Position numbers and translations under genes: made by a program. From NCBI GenBank assembly GCA_048887225.1, contig JBHLJY010000002.1, positions 128,001 through 192,000 on the forward strand: a stretch of 64,000 nt of DNA, in the 5' to 3' direction. Every line of letters starts with the position of its first letter. The stretch's first letter is position 1. The notes beneath the pieces were generated by a model, which did not search any database, had not been told where the DNA came from, and saw only the letters and a list, made by a program, of their open reading frames with translations. Source of the stretch: Candidatus Hodarchaeota archaeon (GTDB lineage Archaea > Asgardarchaeota > Lokiarchaeia > Sigyniarchaeales > SOKP01). Positions 30,298-40,476 of this stretch are shown here, one piece after another.

Positions 30298-31314
30298 TTA
30301 ATAATCTAATTTTTCTCCTAGAGCAAACCTAGCTAAATCACTTAGTAAATATGATTTCAATCCATTTCTTTCGACTTTCGAACCCATAGTCTCCTTACAC
30401 ATAGGACAATTAAAAACACAGACTTCAGCCCTATACTCCATCATATCGTTGATATTTTTATTCAGAGTTTCTCTTACTAATTTTTTCCTGCCAAGCATAG
30501 CAAACGGGGCAGCACAACATAATCCATTTTCTCTATCATATTTCCTTGGTACTCTCTCTAATCCAATCAAATCGCAAATCTTATCTACCCATTTATCTGT
30601 TTCAGGTATAAATCTGTTGGAGCAGTTTCGCTGATAAGCAATTTTCATGTTAAGTTTTTTAATGTCTGACTCATGTTCTTTTAAGTAATTGTAAATATAA
30701 TCAAAGAGATGAATAGGTTTAAATGGGACTTCAATATTATTTCTTGGACAATAAGAAGCATAAAATCCATAACACTCATCATGCCAACAAATCAATTCTT
30801 TAATTCCATGTTTCTTTATGTTTTCGATAATGATCGGTGCTCTTTCTCTTATAATAGAATCTCTTGCTGCATGATGATACATTAAATTACAGAAAAAATC
30901 AAGTCCACTTACATATTGTAAATTCTCGAACATTGGACCTTGCATTTCTTTAACATTTAACTTCGAAAAAGTACACTTATTTAATACAGGTTTTTCTGAA
31001 TCAATTTCCTTCATTCTAATTTCGTCATGAGGTTTATATCGATTGATTATAGTTTCCCGAATACTAGGATTGATGTTGAACGAGTTATATTTTTCTTGTA
31101 ATTCTGTCTTTAAATCGAAAGGATGAGATTTATAAGGGCAATATTCATCGCAAGAGAAGCAAGTTACACATTCACTTAAAACGCGTGAATCTTCGCCATT
31201 AATCATTTTCATCTGTTCTGCTCTTGCATCCTCTACACTTTCAAATTTTATCCACTGACAACGCGTCAGACAATCGATATTTTCACATTCTGAACAATGA
31301 GACTTATCAAACAT
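30298..31314 (-). CDS. Fe-S oxidoreductase with CCG-like domain
   Basis: CVTCFSCDEYCP, LCCAAP, FNCPMC. Confidence 0.8.
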   Translation of the reverse strand: MFDKSHCSECENIDCLTRCQWIKFESVEDARAEQMKMINGEDSRVLSECVTCFSCDEYCPYKSHPFDLKTELQEKYNSFNINPSIRETIINRYKPHDEIRMKEIDSEKPVLNKCTFSKLNVKEMQGPMFENLQYVSGLDFFCNLMYHHAARDSIIRERAPIIIENIKKHGIKELICWHDECYGFYASYCPRNNIEVPFKPIHLFDYIYNYLKEHESDIKKLNMKIAYQRNCSNRFIPETDKWVDKICDLIGLERVPRKYDRENGLCCAAPFAMLGRKKLVRETLNKNINDMMEYRAEVCVFNCPMCKETMGSKVERNGLKSYLLSDLARFALGEKLDY

Positions 31315-31512
31315 ATATTACATCTTTTCTTAATTTTTTAAGATAAAAAATCGCTAAATATTATTGAATTTGAGTTATATAAGGTTTTTATAATTTTAGA
31401 AAATTATTAATTTTTTTATTATATTGCTAATTTTTAGATACTATTTTTCATTTCTAAAAAATAATACTCGTAGAACTAAACTAATTTATCTTGTCCTTTC
31501 AAGTTTATAATT

Positions 31513-31968
31513 ATGCCAGATATGGATGACATTTATAAAGTTCACGAAAACTTATATATTGGAGCATATTGGCCAAGAATCAACTTTGAAAAACTTAAAA
31601 AAGAAGGGATCACGGCAATCGTAAATTTAATGGAAGAAAATCACTACGATCCCAGAGATCTAGGATTTGATTATTTACATCGAGGATTTCCTGACGATTG
31701 GTACGTGCCCCATAGCTTTCTAAAAGATATTTTGGATTTTATTGATATTCATACAAGGAAGGGAAAAGTTTTAGTACATTGTGCTATGGGAATTTCAAGA
31801 AGCGGCGGAATTATTGTAGCATGGTTGCTTAAAGAAAATCCAGATTGGAGCTGGAGTGATGCTATGGATTACGTCGGAAGATCTCGGTTAATCTTTCCAG
31901 CAGTTGAGATTAGAGAATCAGTGTTAGATTATTTTGAATCGTTTGAAGGACGAAGAAGAGAATATTAA
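31513..31968 (+). CDS. Dual-specificity protein phosphatase
   Basis: VHCAMGISRSG (CX5R) motif. Confidence 0.92.
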   Translation: MPDMDDIYKVHENLYIGAYWPRINFEKLKKEGITAIVNLMEENHYDPRDLGFDYLHRGFPDDWYVPHSFLKDILDFIDIHTRKGKVLVHCAMGISRSGGIIVAWLLKENPDWSWSDAMDYVGRSRLIFPAVEIRESVLDYFESFEGRRREY

Positions 31969-32030
31969 AATCTTTTTCGTTATAATAAGAAATTCAAAAA
32001 AAAAGAGATTTTAAAATTTACTTTTCTAAT

Positions 32031-32687
32031 TTAATAGACCCAACCAAAAATTCCCATAAAAATAACGTTTAATATTATCGCTATGGCAAAAATGATTCCT
32101 ATTGCCATCTTCTTTTGCTTATCGTCTTTCAATCGAAGCACTAGAATTATTGCTACAAAAAAATGGAAGTAACCGATTAAAAATATCAAAATAACTCCCC
32201 ACGGTGACAAATTCCACCATGGATATTCCTATATTAACAATCCGCCAATATTCAGAAGGCATTCAATAAATAAGGCAAAAGCAGCAAAAAATATTGCCAA
32301 AAACCAGCGATTAGGAAGTCCTAAGATCTTCTTGTCTTTATCTTCGTAAAGAGAATAGTAATAAACGATTCCTGCTATTGAAAACATAAATATAATCTCT
32401 AAATTCCAACCAACCATAACTCTTAGTGCTGTATCTCCTGGAGTAGTCCAAAAAGCAGAATGCTGAGTGGCTGCAAAGACCATACCGTTCCACGTCTCGT
32501 TGATAAAATCCATACCAAAAAGAGTTAAACCAGCGTAAATGGGATCCCAATTCCCGGTTTCTCGAGCCTTATGGATCTCTTTCATATAAATATAAAGAAC
32601 GATTACTAGTAGAGGGATCGCATACCATTTCATCATAGTAAGGTTCCGAAGTCCATCGAGGGCCTGCCTTGATGCTTCCGTTACCAT
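32031..32687 (-). pseudogene. Membrane protein gene with in-frame TAG at 32229-32231
   Basis: Frame continues past TAG as ...GLLI*EYPWWNLSPWGVILIFLIGYFHFF...GIFGWVY-TAA, adding two TM segments. Confidence 0.7.
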
Positions 32688-32833
32688 CTTTTTTCACTTT
32701 TTTATTATATTTTTTAATTTAGTTTAATTTAAATTTGCTTTAAGAGATATTTATACCTTATTGGACAATTGTTTATATATGATTGAAATTTAATCAATTT
32801 GTATATTATACAATTTGAGGTGATATATCTAAC

Positions 32834-33469
32834 ATGAGTTTTAAAAAAATGATGGGAACCATTTCAGATAAGTTAAAGATTTCTGGAGGAGTTATAAGAG
32901 ATGCTATTAAACAAAATAAGGATTATATAGACGCTGAATTAAGAGTTGTAAAAATAGCTCAAGAAGGTATTAATGCATTAAAATCTTATGCTGAGGCTGA
33001 AACGCCAAGCTTAAAAACATCTGTGAACGCATTAGCTAAAAAACTTGAAAGTATAGAAAAAGCAAGAGAAGAAATGGCAAATCAATTGCAAGAAAAATTT
33101 ATTGGCCTTCTTAATGAAGTTGCGGAAGAAGAAAAAAATTTGAGTGAGAAACTCAGGATAGCTGACGATGCTCAAAAAGACTTGGCAAAAGCAGAAAATA
33201 AACTTGCAAAACTAGAATCTAAACCAAAAGAAAAGCTAAAACCTGAACAAATTGATGAGGCTAAGAGCGCTTTAAAAAAAGCTGATGGAACTTACCGGGA
33301 AGCTGAGGCTGAAGCTAATGCTGTAGCCAATGCTTACAATAAAAAAAAATTGGATTTAACGAAATCTATATTAAAGAATATAGAAGATATCGAAAGAATA
33401 TATCATGATAAGGCTTTGAAGCAAATTGGAGCTAAAAAAGAAGAAGCAATTAGTGTTTCAGATGAATAA
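32834..33469 (+). CDS. BAR-domain-like protein (FAM92/CIBAR-like)
   Basis: All-helical, 211 aa; ETPSLK...LQEKFI.LL and K...K.I...IERIYHDKAL match remembered FAM92 patterns. Confidence 0.65.
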   Translation: MSFKKMMGTISDKLKISGGVIRDAIKQNKDYIDAELRVVKIAQEGINALKSYAEAETPSLKTSVNALAKKLESIEKAREEMANQLQEKFIGLLNEVAEEEKNLSEKLRIADDAQKDLAKAENKLAKLESKPKEKLKPEQIDEAKSALKKADGTYREAEAEANAVANAYNKKKLDLTKSILKNIEDIERIYHDKALKQIGAKKEEAISVSDE

Positions 33470-33721
33470 AAAGTAAAATGACTTTTTATATCTCAATATT
33501 ATGTATTAATAAAAAATTATTAGAAGTTTATCTTTTTTTTAATTATTTATTCATCAATTTCGTCATGGGTATAAGAAAATGTTTTAGAGTCATAAAAGAA
33601 ATAATTTTATAAATGCTACTTTTATAAATATCTTTGATTAGGTAATTATTTTAAAATCTAACTTTAAAAAAACACAAAATTAAAAATATTTTATTTTTAT
33701 AAGCAGATTGGGGGGTTCTAA

Positions 33722-34801
33722 ATTCCTCGTAAAAGAGTCAAAAACTGGTTTCGATCAATTAGAAATTTTCTTCTTAACAAATTTACCGGGAAAAAAATTC
33801 CATATTCCGCCCAAATAGAAGTAAATTTAAAATGCAATGCTAAATGCCCATTCTGCGCAATTGATATATTACCGGAGTCTTATGTTAATAATGAGATGAC
33901 AACAGAACAGATAAAGTTATTAATTGATCAGTTAGCTGAAATAGGTGTAAATGCGTTATCTCTCACGGGAGGAGAGCCAACTTTAAGGAATGATCTGCCA
34001 GAACTCATTTATCACATGGGCATTGTTCATGATTTTTTTAATGGCATAACTAGTAATGGATTTTATCTACCTGAATTGATTCCTAAATTTGAAGGCTTAG
34101 ATTATATATTAACTTCGCTTGATTATCCTACGGCTGAATTACACGACAGAATAAGAGGAATAAAAGTTTTTGATAAAGTCATTAAGTCTATTCATTTAGC
34201 TCATAAAAAGGATATAAACGTTGTAATCAGTACGGTTGTTATGAAGGATAATTTAGATCTATTAGAAGATCTCTGTGAATTAGCTGAAAATTTGAATTGC
34301 GCAATCGAATTATATCCCTGTGAAGATATTATTTGGAAAATTTCCAATCAAAGTTATCGAGTTAATGGCATTAAAGATTTAATACCTAACTTAACACTCT
34401 GGGCTAATAAAATTAGAGAGCTAAAATGCAAATTCAAAAATCTTCTCACAGATACAGTAAGCGTTGAAATAATTGAGAAGGGTGGTTTTGGAGGTAATCC
34501 TCATTTTTACCAGGATATATTGCGATGCCATGTCGCCGAAGCTTACATGTTTATACGTCATGATGGTGTTATTGATTATCCTTGCAAAATAAATCCTCTA
34601 AGAAGTTTTAATGCGTTTAAGTATCCTCCTTCTAAAATAATTAATTGTAAGGAAGTAAGAGAGATTATGGAAAAACACGACGATTATAGTTTTTGTAACG
34701 GTTGTCGACTAGGATGTGCCATAATGTCTTCAATACCAACTAGATTGAAAACATTTTACGCAAAATACGTCCGAGGTTTCTTAGATGGCAATTTAGGATA
34801 A
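33722..34801 (+). CDS. Radical SAM protein with C-terminal Cys cluster (SPASM-like); N-terminus extends upstream of the ORF-track start
   Basis: CNAKCPFC lies in frame upstream of ATG 33896; TGGEP; C-terminal CNGCRLGC. Confidence 0.85.
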   Translation: MPRKRVKNWFRSIRNFLLNKFTGKKIPYSAQIEVNLKCNAKCPFCAIDILPESYVNNEMTTEQIKLLIDQLAEIGVNALSLTGGEPTLRNDLPELIYHMGIVHDFFNGITSNGFYLPELIPKFEGLDYILTSLDYPTAELHDRIRGIKVFDKVIKSIHLAHKKDINVVISTVVMKDNLDLLEDLCELAENLNCAIELYPCEDIIWKISNQSYRVNGIKDLIPNLTLWANKIRELKCKFKNLLTDTVSVEIIEKGGFGGNPHFYQDILRCHVAEAYMFIRHDGVIDYPCKINPLRSFNAFKYPPSKIINCKEVREIMEKHDDYSFCNGCRLGCAIMSSIPTRLKTFYAKYVRGFLDGNLG

Positions 34802-34914
34802 TTTTAAATAAAAGTTTCTATTAAAAATAAGTTTCGTTTAGACTCCTAATTATAACTCCTTTAATATATAAAAAAATTTAATTAAAATTCAAATTTTCTT
34901 AATATAGTGATATT

Positions 34915-35535
34915 ATGGAACCAATTACTCCTGATATAATAATTCAACTTATGTTTATCGCCTTTGTGATGGTTTTATTTAGTATATTGTTGAATAAAAT
35001 TCTTGGATTAAAACCCTCAAAAATGAAAGAAATTAGAGATAAAGCACAGAATCTAAGAGAAAGGGTGCGACAAGCTGAGATTTTAGGAGATACTATATTA
35101 ATGCAACAATTACAAGTTGAAACAATGCAAATGATGAAAGATATGTTAAAAAAACAATTGGTTCCAATGTGTATTAGATGTTTGATTTTTATCGGAATTT
35201 TTATTGTTATTTCTATATTTTACGGTCAATACGAGTATTGGTTTTGGATTTATTTCTTGTTCTCTTTTAGTTTTTCAATGATAGCAATGGGCTTAAGCTA
35301 TGCTTATAAAAAGGTAAAAAGGAAAGAAGATAAAAGAAAAATTTTTGCTAAAGAAATTATGGAGTCTATTTATCCATCTCAACAACTCCAACTTCAAGGT
35401 TCGGGCTTTCATTTAACAGGTCATCCTGCAACAGAATCCCAAGACTCTACTAATTTTCAAGAAAGCCCTAATGCAAAAGAGGAGAACCAAAAAGTTGAAA
35501 AGTCTGATGATTGGAAAGATCGAATGCAAAATTAA
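34915..35535 (+). CDS. DUF106/EMC3/TMCO1-like (Oxa1 superfamily) membrane protein
   Basis: TM, Met/Gln-rich coiled hairpin, KQLVPM, then further TM segments. Confidence 0.65.
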   Translation: MEPITPDIIIQLMFIAFVMVLFSILLNKILGLKPSKMKEIRDKAQNLRERVRQAEILGDTILMQQLQVETMQMMKDMLKKQLVPMCIRCLIFIGIFIVISIFYGQYEYWFWIYFLFSFSFSMIAMGLSYAYKKVKRKEDKRKIFAKEIMESIYPSQQLQLQGSGFHLTGHPATESQDSTNFQESPNAKEENQKVEKSDDWKDRMQN

Positions 35536-35594
35536 ATTTAATTATCCTTCAAGCTTTCTCTATATATATTAATTTTATTATAATCTAAACGCTT

Positions 35595-35882
35595 ATGAAA
35601 CGCAATATTATAGTTCTTAATATTTTTTTTATAACTTTATTCGTTATATTTTTAATTTTATCATTGTTCTTCTGGTTCTTTTTATTAATCCCTTTTTTCT
35701 TTTTGCCCATTATATGTTATTTACCATTTGCTTTTAAAGGGAAAAAGAGAAGATTGGAACCATTATTAGATATTGACAGTCAAATTCCAAAAATAAGAAA
35801 ATGTCCCGTGTGCGGGGGCGAGATTAGAGAACCAATAGCTCAGTACTGTTATCACTGTGGTTCTAAACTAAATAAAGAATAA
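35595..35882 (+). CDS. Membrane protein with C-terminal zinc ribbon
   Basis: Hydrophobic N-terminal half; CPVCG...YCYHCG. Confidence 0.75.
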   Translation: MKRNIIVLNIFFITLFVIFLILSLFFWFFLLIPFFFLPIICYLPFAFKGKKRRLEPLLDIDSQIPKIRKCPVCGGEIREPIAQYCYHCGSKLNKE

Positions 35883-35888
35883 AAACGG

Positions 35889-36395
35889 TTGAAATTCATG
35901 GAAGAAATTAACGAAATTAAAAAAGTTGATGATATCAGAAAACAAATGATTCTCTATTTCTTATTTGCTATAGCTATGATTCTGTTGAATTATTTAATCC
36001 AAAAACTAAATCAATTATTATTTGCGCCATATATTTGTCAAAATTTTGGAGCTTCTTCTCTCATTCAAACTTTCTATTGTTCAACTAACCCATATAACCT
36101 ACCTGAATTAATTGGCTCTATTTTCGCAGTTGGAATTACTTACATAACAAAATTTATTTTAGATAAATTTATTGTTTTCAAACAGACAAAGATCGAGTTA
36201 AAAGAAACTTCTAAAGAATTCTTTAAATATTTTGGATTTGCCATCATTACTACAATAATAAACATTGGTATTCAATTTATTTTAACAAACTTTTTTAAGA
36301 CACCATTAGAAATTAGTGTTATAGTAGCATTATCAATAGGATATTTCCTGAAATTCTTATTGGATCGTAAATATGTTTTTAATAAAGAGTATTAA
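35889..36395 (+). CDS. GtrA-family membrane protein
   Basis: Repeated KFILDKFIVF / KFLLDRKYVF; four TM segments. Confidence 0.8.
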   Translation: MKFMEEINEIKKVDDIRKQMILYFLFAIAMILLNYLIQKLNQLLFAPYICQNFGASSLIQTFYCSTNPYNLPELIGSIFAVGITYITKFILDKFIVFKQTKIELKETSKEFFKYFGFAIITTIINIGIQFILTNFFKTPLEISVIVALSIGYFLKFLLDRKYVFNKEY

Positions 36396-36487
36396 ACAAG
36401 ATTAGAATTACTTCAGAATAATAAAATTTAATAGATTAAATTGCGTTTCAACTATTAAATAAAAAAAATAAAAGATCAAATTGCTTT

Positions 36488-37819
36488 ATGCCAAAAGATC
36501 GTGAAGAAGACGATAAATCAATCGTTGACGCTCTTTCTGCTCTAGGATGGGTCGAAGAAAAAGAAGAAGGCGAAGAGTCAACAGAATTAGAAGAGGACCT
36601 TCAAACTCAACTTAATTTCTTTAAAGAACAATATAGACAATTAACTGAAGACATAAAAAAGCTTACTAGAGAAAAAGATGAGTTGATGAAAAAGAAAAAC
36701 GAATTGTCAAGAGAAAATGAACAACTATTACAAATGACTCTTACCGAAAAAAATAAGACCGATGACGTCCAAGCTGATAATGAATCTATAAAAGAAAGAG
36801 ATCAAATTATTGCTGATAAGGATCGATTAATAGATGAATTGGAAACGAAAATTCAAAAAATGACTGAAAAAATCGATAGTCGTGGACATCAGATTGCGGC
36901 AGTCCAAGAATTAAAAGACATTATAGCCCAGAAAGACCAAGAGATTGAAGAAAAACAACATTATATGCATCAACTATATTCTACAATCAGCGAGAAAAGT
37001 TTCGAAATTGAAGAAAAAACTCAAGAGATACTGGATATGGATAATAAAGTTAAAAATTTAGAAGAGAAAATATCCCATTACGAAGATTTAACTCCAATTA
37101 TGGAGGAACAAAATCAAAAAATAAAAGATTTAGTCTCTCAAATTGACAAACAGAAGATTGAACTCGAGAGCTTACAAGAAAAGGATAATAAAATAAGAGA
37201 ATTAGAAGAGCAAATTCAGTATCTAGAAAATGAGATGAAACTTGATACAGTAAAAAAATCAAAATATGAAAAAATTAGATTGCTTGCGGAAAAAAAAGAC
37301 GAAATTATAACAGAAAAGGAAAAAGCGATTTTTGAAGCTGAAAATTCCTTAAAATTATCAAATCAAAAAATTAATGATTTATCACAGCAATTAGAAACTT
37401 TTAATCTTGTTAAAAAAGATTTGGAGAAAAAAGAAGAACGCATTAAAACATTAGTAATTGAAATTGAAGAAAAAATTCAAAAAGAGCTTGCAAATAAGGA
37501 AACAATTAAAAATCTTGAAGACAAACTTGAAAAGGCTCAAAAATCTAGTGCTAAATATGAAATACAATTTAATAATAATGTAAATTTACTACAAGAAAAA
37601 GAAACAGAGTTAAAGAATTTAAATAGTAAAATTAAAGAATTAAACAATAAGTTAACTGAAGGAGAAAAAATCGAGGATAAGCTTTTAAACGATATCCAGA
37701 AGATTAAAGATGATAAATTAAAGCTTGAATCAGAGCTGGAAAAAAAGGATGCGGAGTTAGTAGAACTAAAGAAAAAAATAAAATTAATGCGTAGAGAAAT
37801 ATCAAAATCTAAAAAATAG
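36488..37819 (+). CDS. Long coiled-coil protein
   Basis: E/K/Q-rich heptads over ~400 aa. Confidence 0.75.
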   Translation: MPKDREEDDKSIVDALSALGWVEEKEEGEESTELEEDLQTQLNFFKEQYRQLTEDIKKLTREKDELMKKKNELSRENEQLLQMTLTEKNKTDDVQADNESIKERDQIIADKDRLIDELETKIQKMTEKIDSRGHQIAAVQELKDIIAQKDQEIEEKQHYMHQLYSTISEKSFEIEEKTQEILDMDNKVKNLEEKISHYEDLTPIMEEQNQKIKDLVSQIDKQKIELESLQEKDNKIRELEEQIQYLENEMKLDTVKKSKYEKIRLLAEKKDEIITEKEKAIFEAENSLKLSNQKINDLSQQLETFNLVKKDLEKKEERIKTLVIEIEEKIQKELANKETIKNLEDKLEKAQKSSAKYEIQFNNNVNLLQEKETELKNLNSKIKELNNKLTEGEKIEDKLLNDIQKIKDDKLKLESELEKKDAELVELKKKIKLMRREISKSKK

Positions 37820-37882
37820 AATTTTTGCTAATTAAACCTATTTCTATATTAAAAAAGATAAAAATAAAATAATTTAAATTTA

Positions 37883-38881
37883 CTATTTCTCCCTCCAAAC
37901 GACCCCACAGAGGCCGCATTTATATTTCTTGCCGTACATTCTAGGATAATCAAGAATAATGTTGGTCTTATCTATCGATTCGTGAATCAAGCTTTTATCT
38001 TCGTTATCGCATTTTGGACATTTTCTGCGTCCTTCGACTTTTTGAATTGTCATAATTGATTCATCGACTTGTCCTGGCATACCAGGAGCTGCACTTGAAG
38101 ATACTTCTGTTTTTATCTCGGGAGTTACTTCCTCCTTAAACTCTGCTTTATGTTCTGGTTCAATAGCTGCAGTAACTTTATCTGCTTCAGTTTCAGGCTC
38201 TAATTCTGACTCTGCTCTTAATTGAACGGCATCTGATTCTTTATAATCCTCACCTTTTTCTAAGGCAGCTAAAAACTCAGCATCATCTCCTTCTTCAAAT
38301 ATTACCTCATTTTGATCACCTGCTCGATCGGCATCAATACTTCTAGCCCATTGACCTGACTTTACCTTCTCTTTTACACTACAGGTTGTTCCCTGCCATA
38401 TATAAATTTTCGTTCCCAAATCTGCAACAAAACAATCTTCAGAATCTAAAGAATCCTTGGAAAAAGGGACTTGAATCATTTTCATAGAATTAATGTCTTC
38501 AAATTCTTCAGAAGATATTCTATATAAAACATTTTTATGTTCAGCAAATTGACCCCAATCCCCAGTTACAACGTCTTTTAACATAGTCTTAGCGATATTT
38601 TGTTCAACAATCTTCATTGCGCCCATGGAAGCGATGAGTTTCAAAAATTCTGGTGTCTCTTGACCTTGATCAACGGTAATAATTTTTGCTGCCCCGCCCC
38701 TCTCCTGGTCTAACCTACGAGCATTGGCTGCACCTGTAGTCTTCTCGTCAACGCTACATTTACTTCCAATCCATATATAAATAGTTTTTTCGTCGTCAAT
38801 AAGATACACATCGCCAGTAGAGAACACTGTATTCTTTATTTCGTTAAGCTCCCCCTTGTTTATTAAATATAATTTAACCAT
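37883..38881 (-). CDS. Two-domain gelsolin with acidic linker and C-terminal zinc ribbon
   Basis: GDVYLID...IYIWIGSKCSVDEK and EDCFVAD...IYIWQGTTCSVKEK; CPKC...CGLC. Confidence 0.88.
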   Translation of the reverse strand: MVKLYLINKGELNEIKNTVFSTGDVYLIDDEKTIYIWIGSKCSVDEKTTGAANARRLDQERGGAAKIITVDQGQETPEFLKLIASMGAMKIVEQNIAKTMLKDVVTGDWGQFAEHKNVLYRISSEEFEDINSMKMIQVPFSKDSLDSEDCFVADLGTKIYIWQGTTCSVKEKVKSGQWARSIDADRAGDQNEVIFEEGDDAEFLAALEKGEDYKESDAVQLRAESELEPETEADKVTAAIEPEHKAEFKEEVTPEIKTEVSSSAAPGMPGQVDESIMTIQKVEGRRKCPKCDNEDKSLIHESIDKTNIILDYPRMYGKKYKCGLCGVVWREK

Positions 38882-39012
38882 TCTAAATCACCAATTTACT
38901 TTTATTTTTTTAGTTTAAGTATTTTGATTATAGTGTATATTTATAAAAATCTTTAGAATCATTTTTATATATTTTTATAAAAAAAGAATTGAAAATAAAA
39001 AAACTATTTAAA

Positions 39013-40392
39013 TTAAAAATCCTTAAGAGCCAAATTAATTCTGTTTATAAACTCTGGTATTTGTTGTATGTCAATAGAACAATAAGCAATTCGAATACCA
39101 TTAATATTATCGTTTATTTTCTCAATAGGAATTACTCCTACTTTATATTTCTTTAATAAATGGTCTGCAAATTCAGTTGCTCTAATTTTATATGGATTTA
39201 GGTTTACAAATAAGAAAAATCCCCCAGAATTAGGATCAACTGTAATATCTGGATCATTTATTTGTGCCAATTCAGAATTTATTTTTTCATATCTTGTTTT
39301 AAGTAGATGTTTAACCTTATCTCTCTCTGCTATAATTTGGTCTATCCCATTTTCTTGTAGCATTTTTTGAGTTATAGCTTGATAAAAGTGGTTACAATTT
39401 GATACCGTACTCCGATTCATTCCCTCTAATTTATTATCGATCTCTTTTTTCAAAATTTCTAATTCATCGTCTTTTGCTACCCAATTTGGTTTTATACCTA
39501 TAGTAACGAAACCTATTCTTCCACCATACATCAGAAGCTCTTTTGTTATTCCATCTAATTTAATAGGAATAATATTTTCGTCTAACTCGTGTAGATCGTA
39601 AAACATAGAGATATTTATATTTTCCTCATTGTAGACGTAAGATTCATACGCGTCATCTACAATAACTATAATAGTTTTTTTCAGGGAACTATGTATTTCT
39701 CTTAGCAAATCAATTATCTCTTTAGCTTCTCTGAAAGTTGGCGTATAACCCGTTGGATTATTTGGGAAGTTTAAAATTGTGACTATTTTTTCTTGCACTT
39801 CGGAAACTTCTAAAATTGCGTCTTTTAATCCTTGTAGATTAATCGTATTATCCTTAAAAAAATCGAAAGATTTAATCTTAGCACCTATATGTTTTACGAT
39901 AACATTATCGTAATTTCCCCATCTTTTATTCGGAGAAACAATGTATTCTCCAGGATTTAAAAATATAGCACAGCATAAATAAATCCCGTTTGTTACACCC
40001 GAAGTTATAATTGGTGTCGTAATATACATTTTAAGTCTTTTAATCTTTTTTTTTTCTATATCTTCCTTATACAGAGATTTTTTAATTATCCACTTTTTCC
40101 AAACATCTCTAGTGTCAGCAAGGCCACCAATGGAAGCATAAGGAACGATTTGCTTAATGTTTATGTTTGTATAATTTTTAATATCCTTAAGATAACATGG
40201 AACCCATTCGTTAGATCCGCCGTCGATGAAATCTTTTTCAAAACCAAAAGCAGAGCCTATTGTCCCGATGATCTCAGCTTCTTTTTTCGCTCTTCCTGAC
40301 CAATAAAATATTCCCTCTGGTAAAAAAATCCGTTTTCCTAACTCCGAGAACGTATTATATAGGGGAGTTTTCTGAATATACTTAAATTCCAT
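39013..40392 (-). CDS. PLP-dependent aminotransferase class I/II
   Basis: NFPNNPTGY, DDAY, DGITKE..YGGRIG. Confidence 0.88.
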   Translation of the reverse strand: MEFKYIQKTPLYNTFSELGKRIFLPEGIFYWSGRAKKEAEIIGTIGSAFGFEKDFIDGGSNEWVPCYLKDIKNYTNINIKQIVPYASIGGLADTRDVWKKWIIKKSLYKEDIEKKKIKRLKMYITTPIITSGVTNGIYLCCAIFLNPGEYIVSPNKRWGNYDNVIVKHIGAKIKSFDFFKDNTINLQGLKDAILEVSEVQEKIVTILNFPNNPTGYTPTFREAKEIIDLLREIHSSLKKTIIVIVDDAYESYVYNEENINISMFYDLHELDENIIPIKLDGITKELLMYGGRIGFVTIGIKPNWVAKDDELEILKKEIDNKLEGMNRSTVSNCNHFYQAITQKMLQENGIDQIIAERDKVKHLLKTRYEKINSELAQINDPDITVDPNSGGFFLFVNLNPYKIRATEFADHLLKKYKVGVIPIEKINDNINGIRIAYCSIDIQQIPEFINRINLALKDF

Positions 40393-40476
40393 ACTATCTG
40401 GGGAAATCTATTAAAATTAATTAATTTTTCTAAAAAAGTAAAATTTTTTAATATAATCGAAGGTATATTTAAAATT

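Noticed and set aside
32229-32231. Pyrrolysine or genome-wide TAG recoding
   Set aside because: TAG ends other complete genes here (kae1, histone, E1) and no pyl genes are in the window
36488-37819. Coiled-coil proteins (also 5646-8153 and 52523-53368) as SMC/Rad50 ATPases
   Set aside because: No Walker A/B or signature motifs
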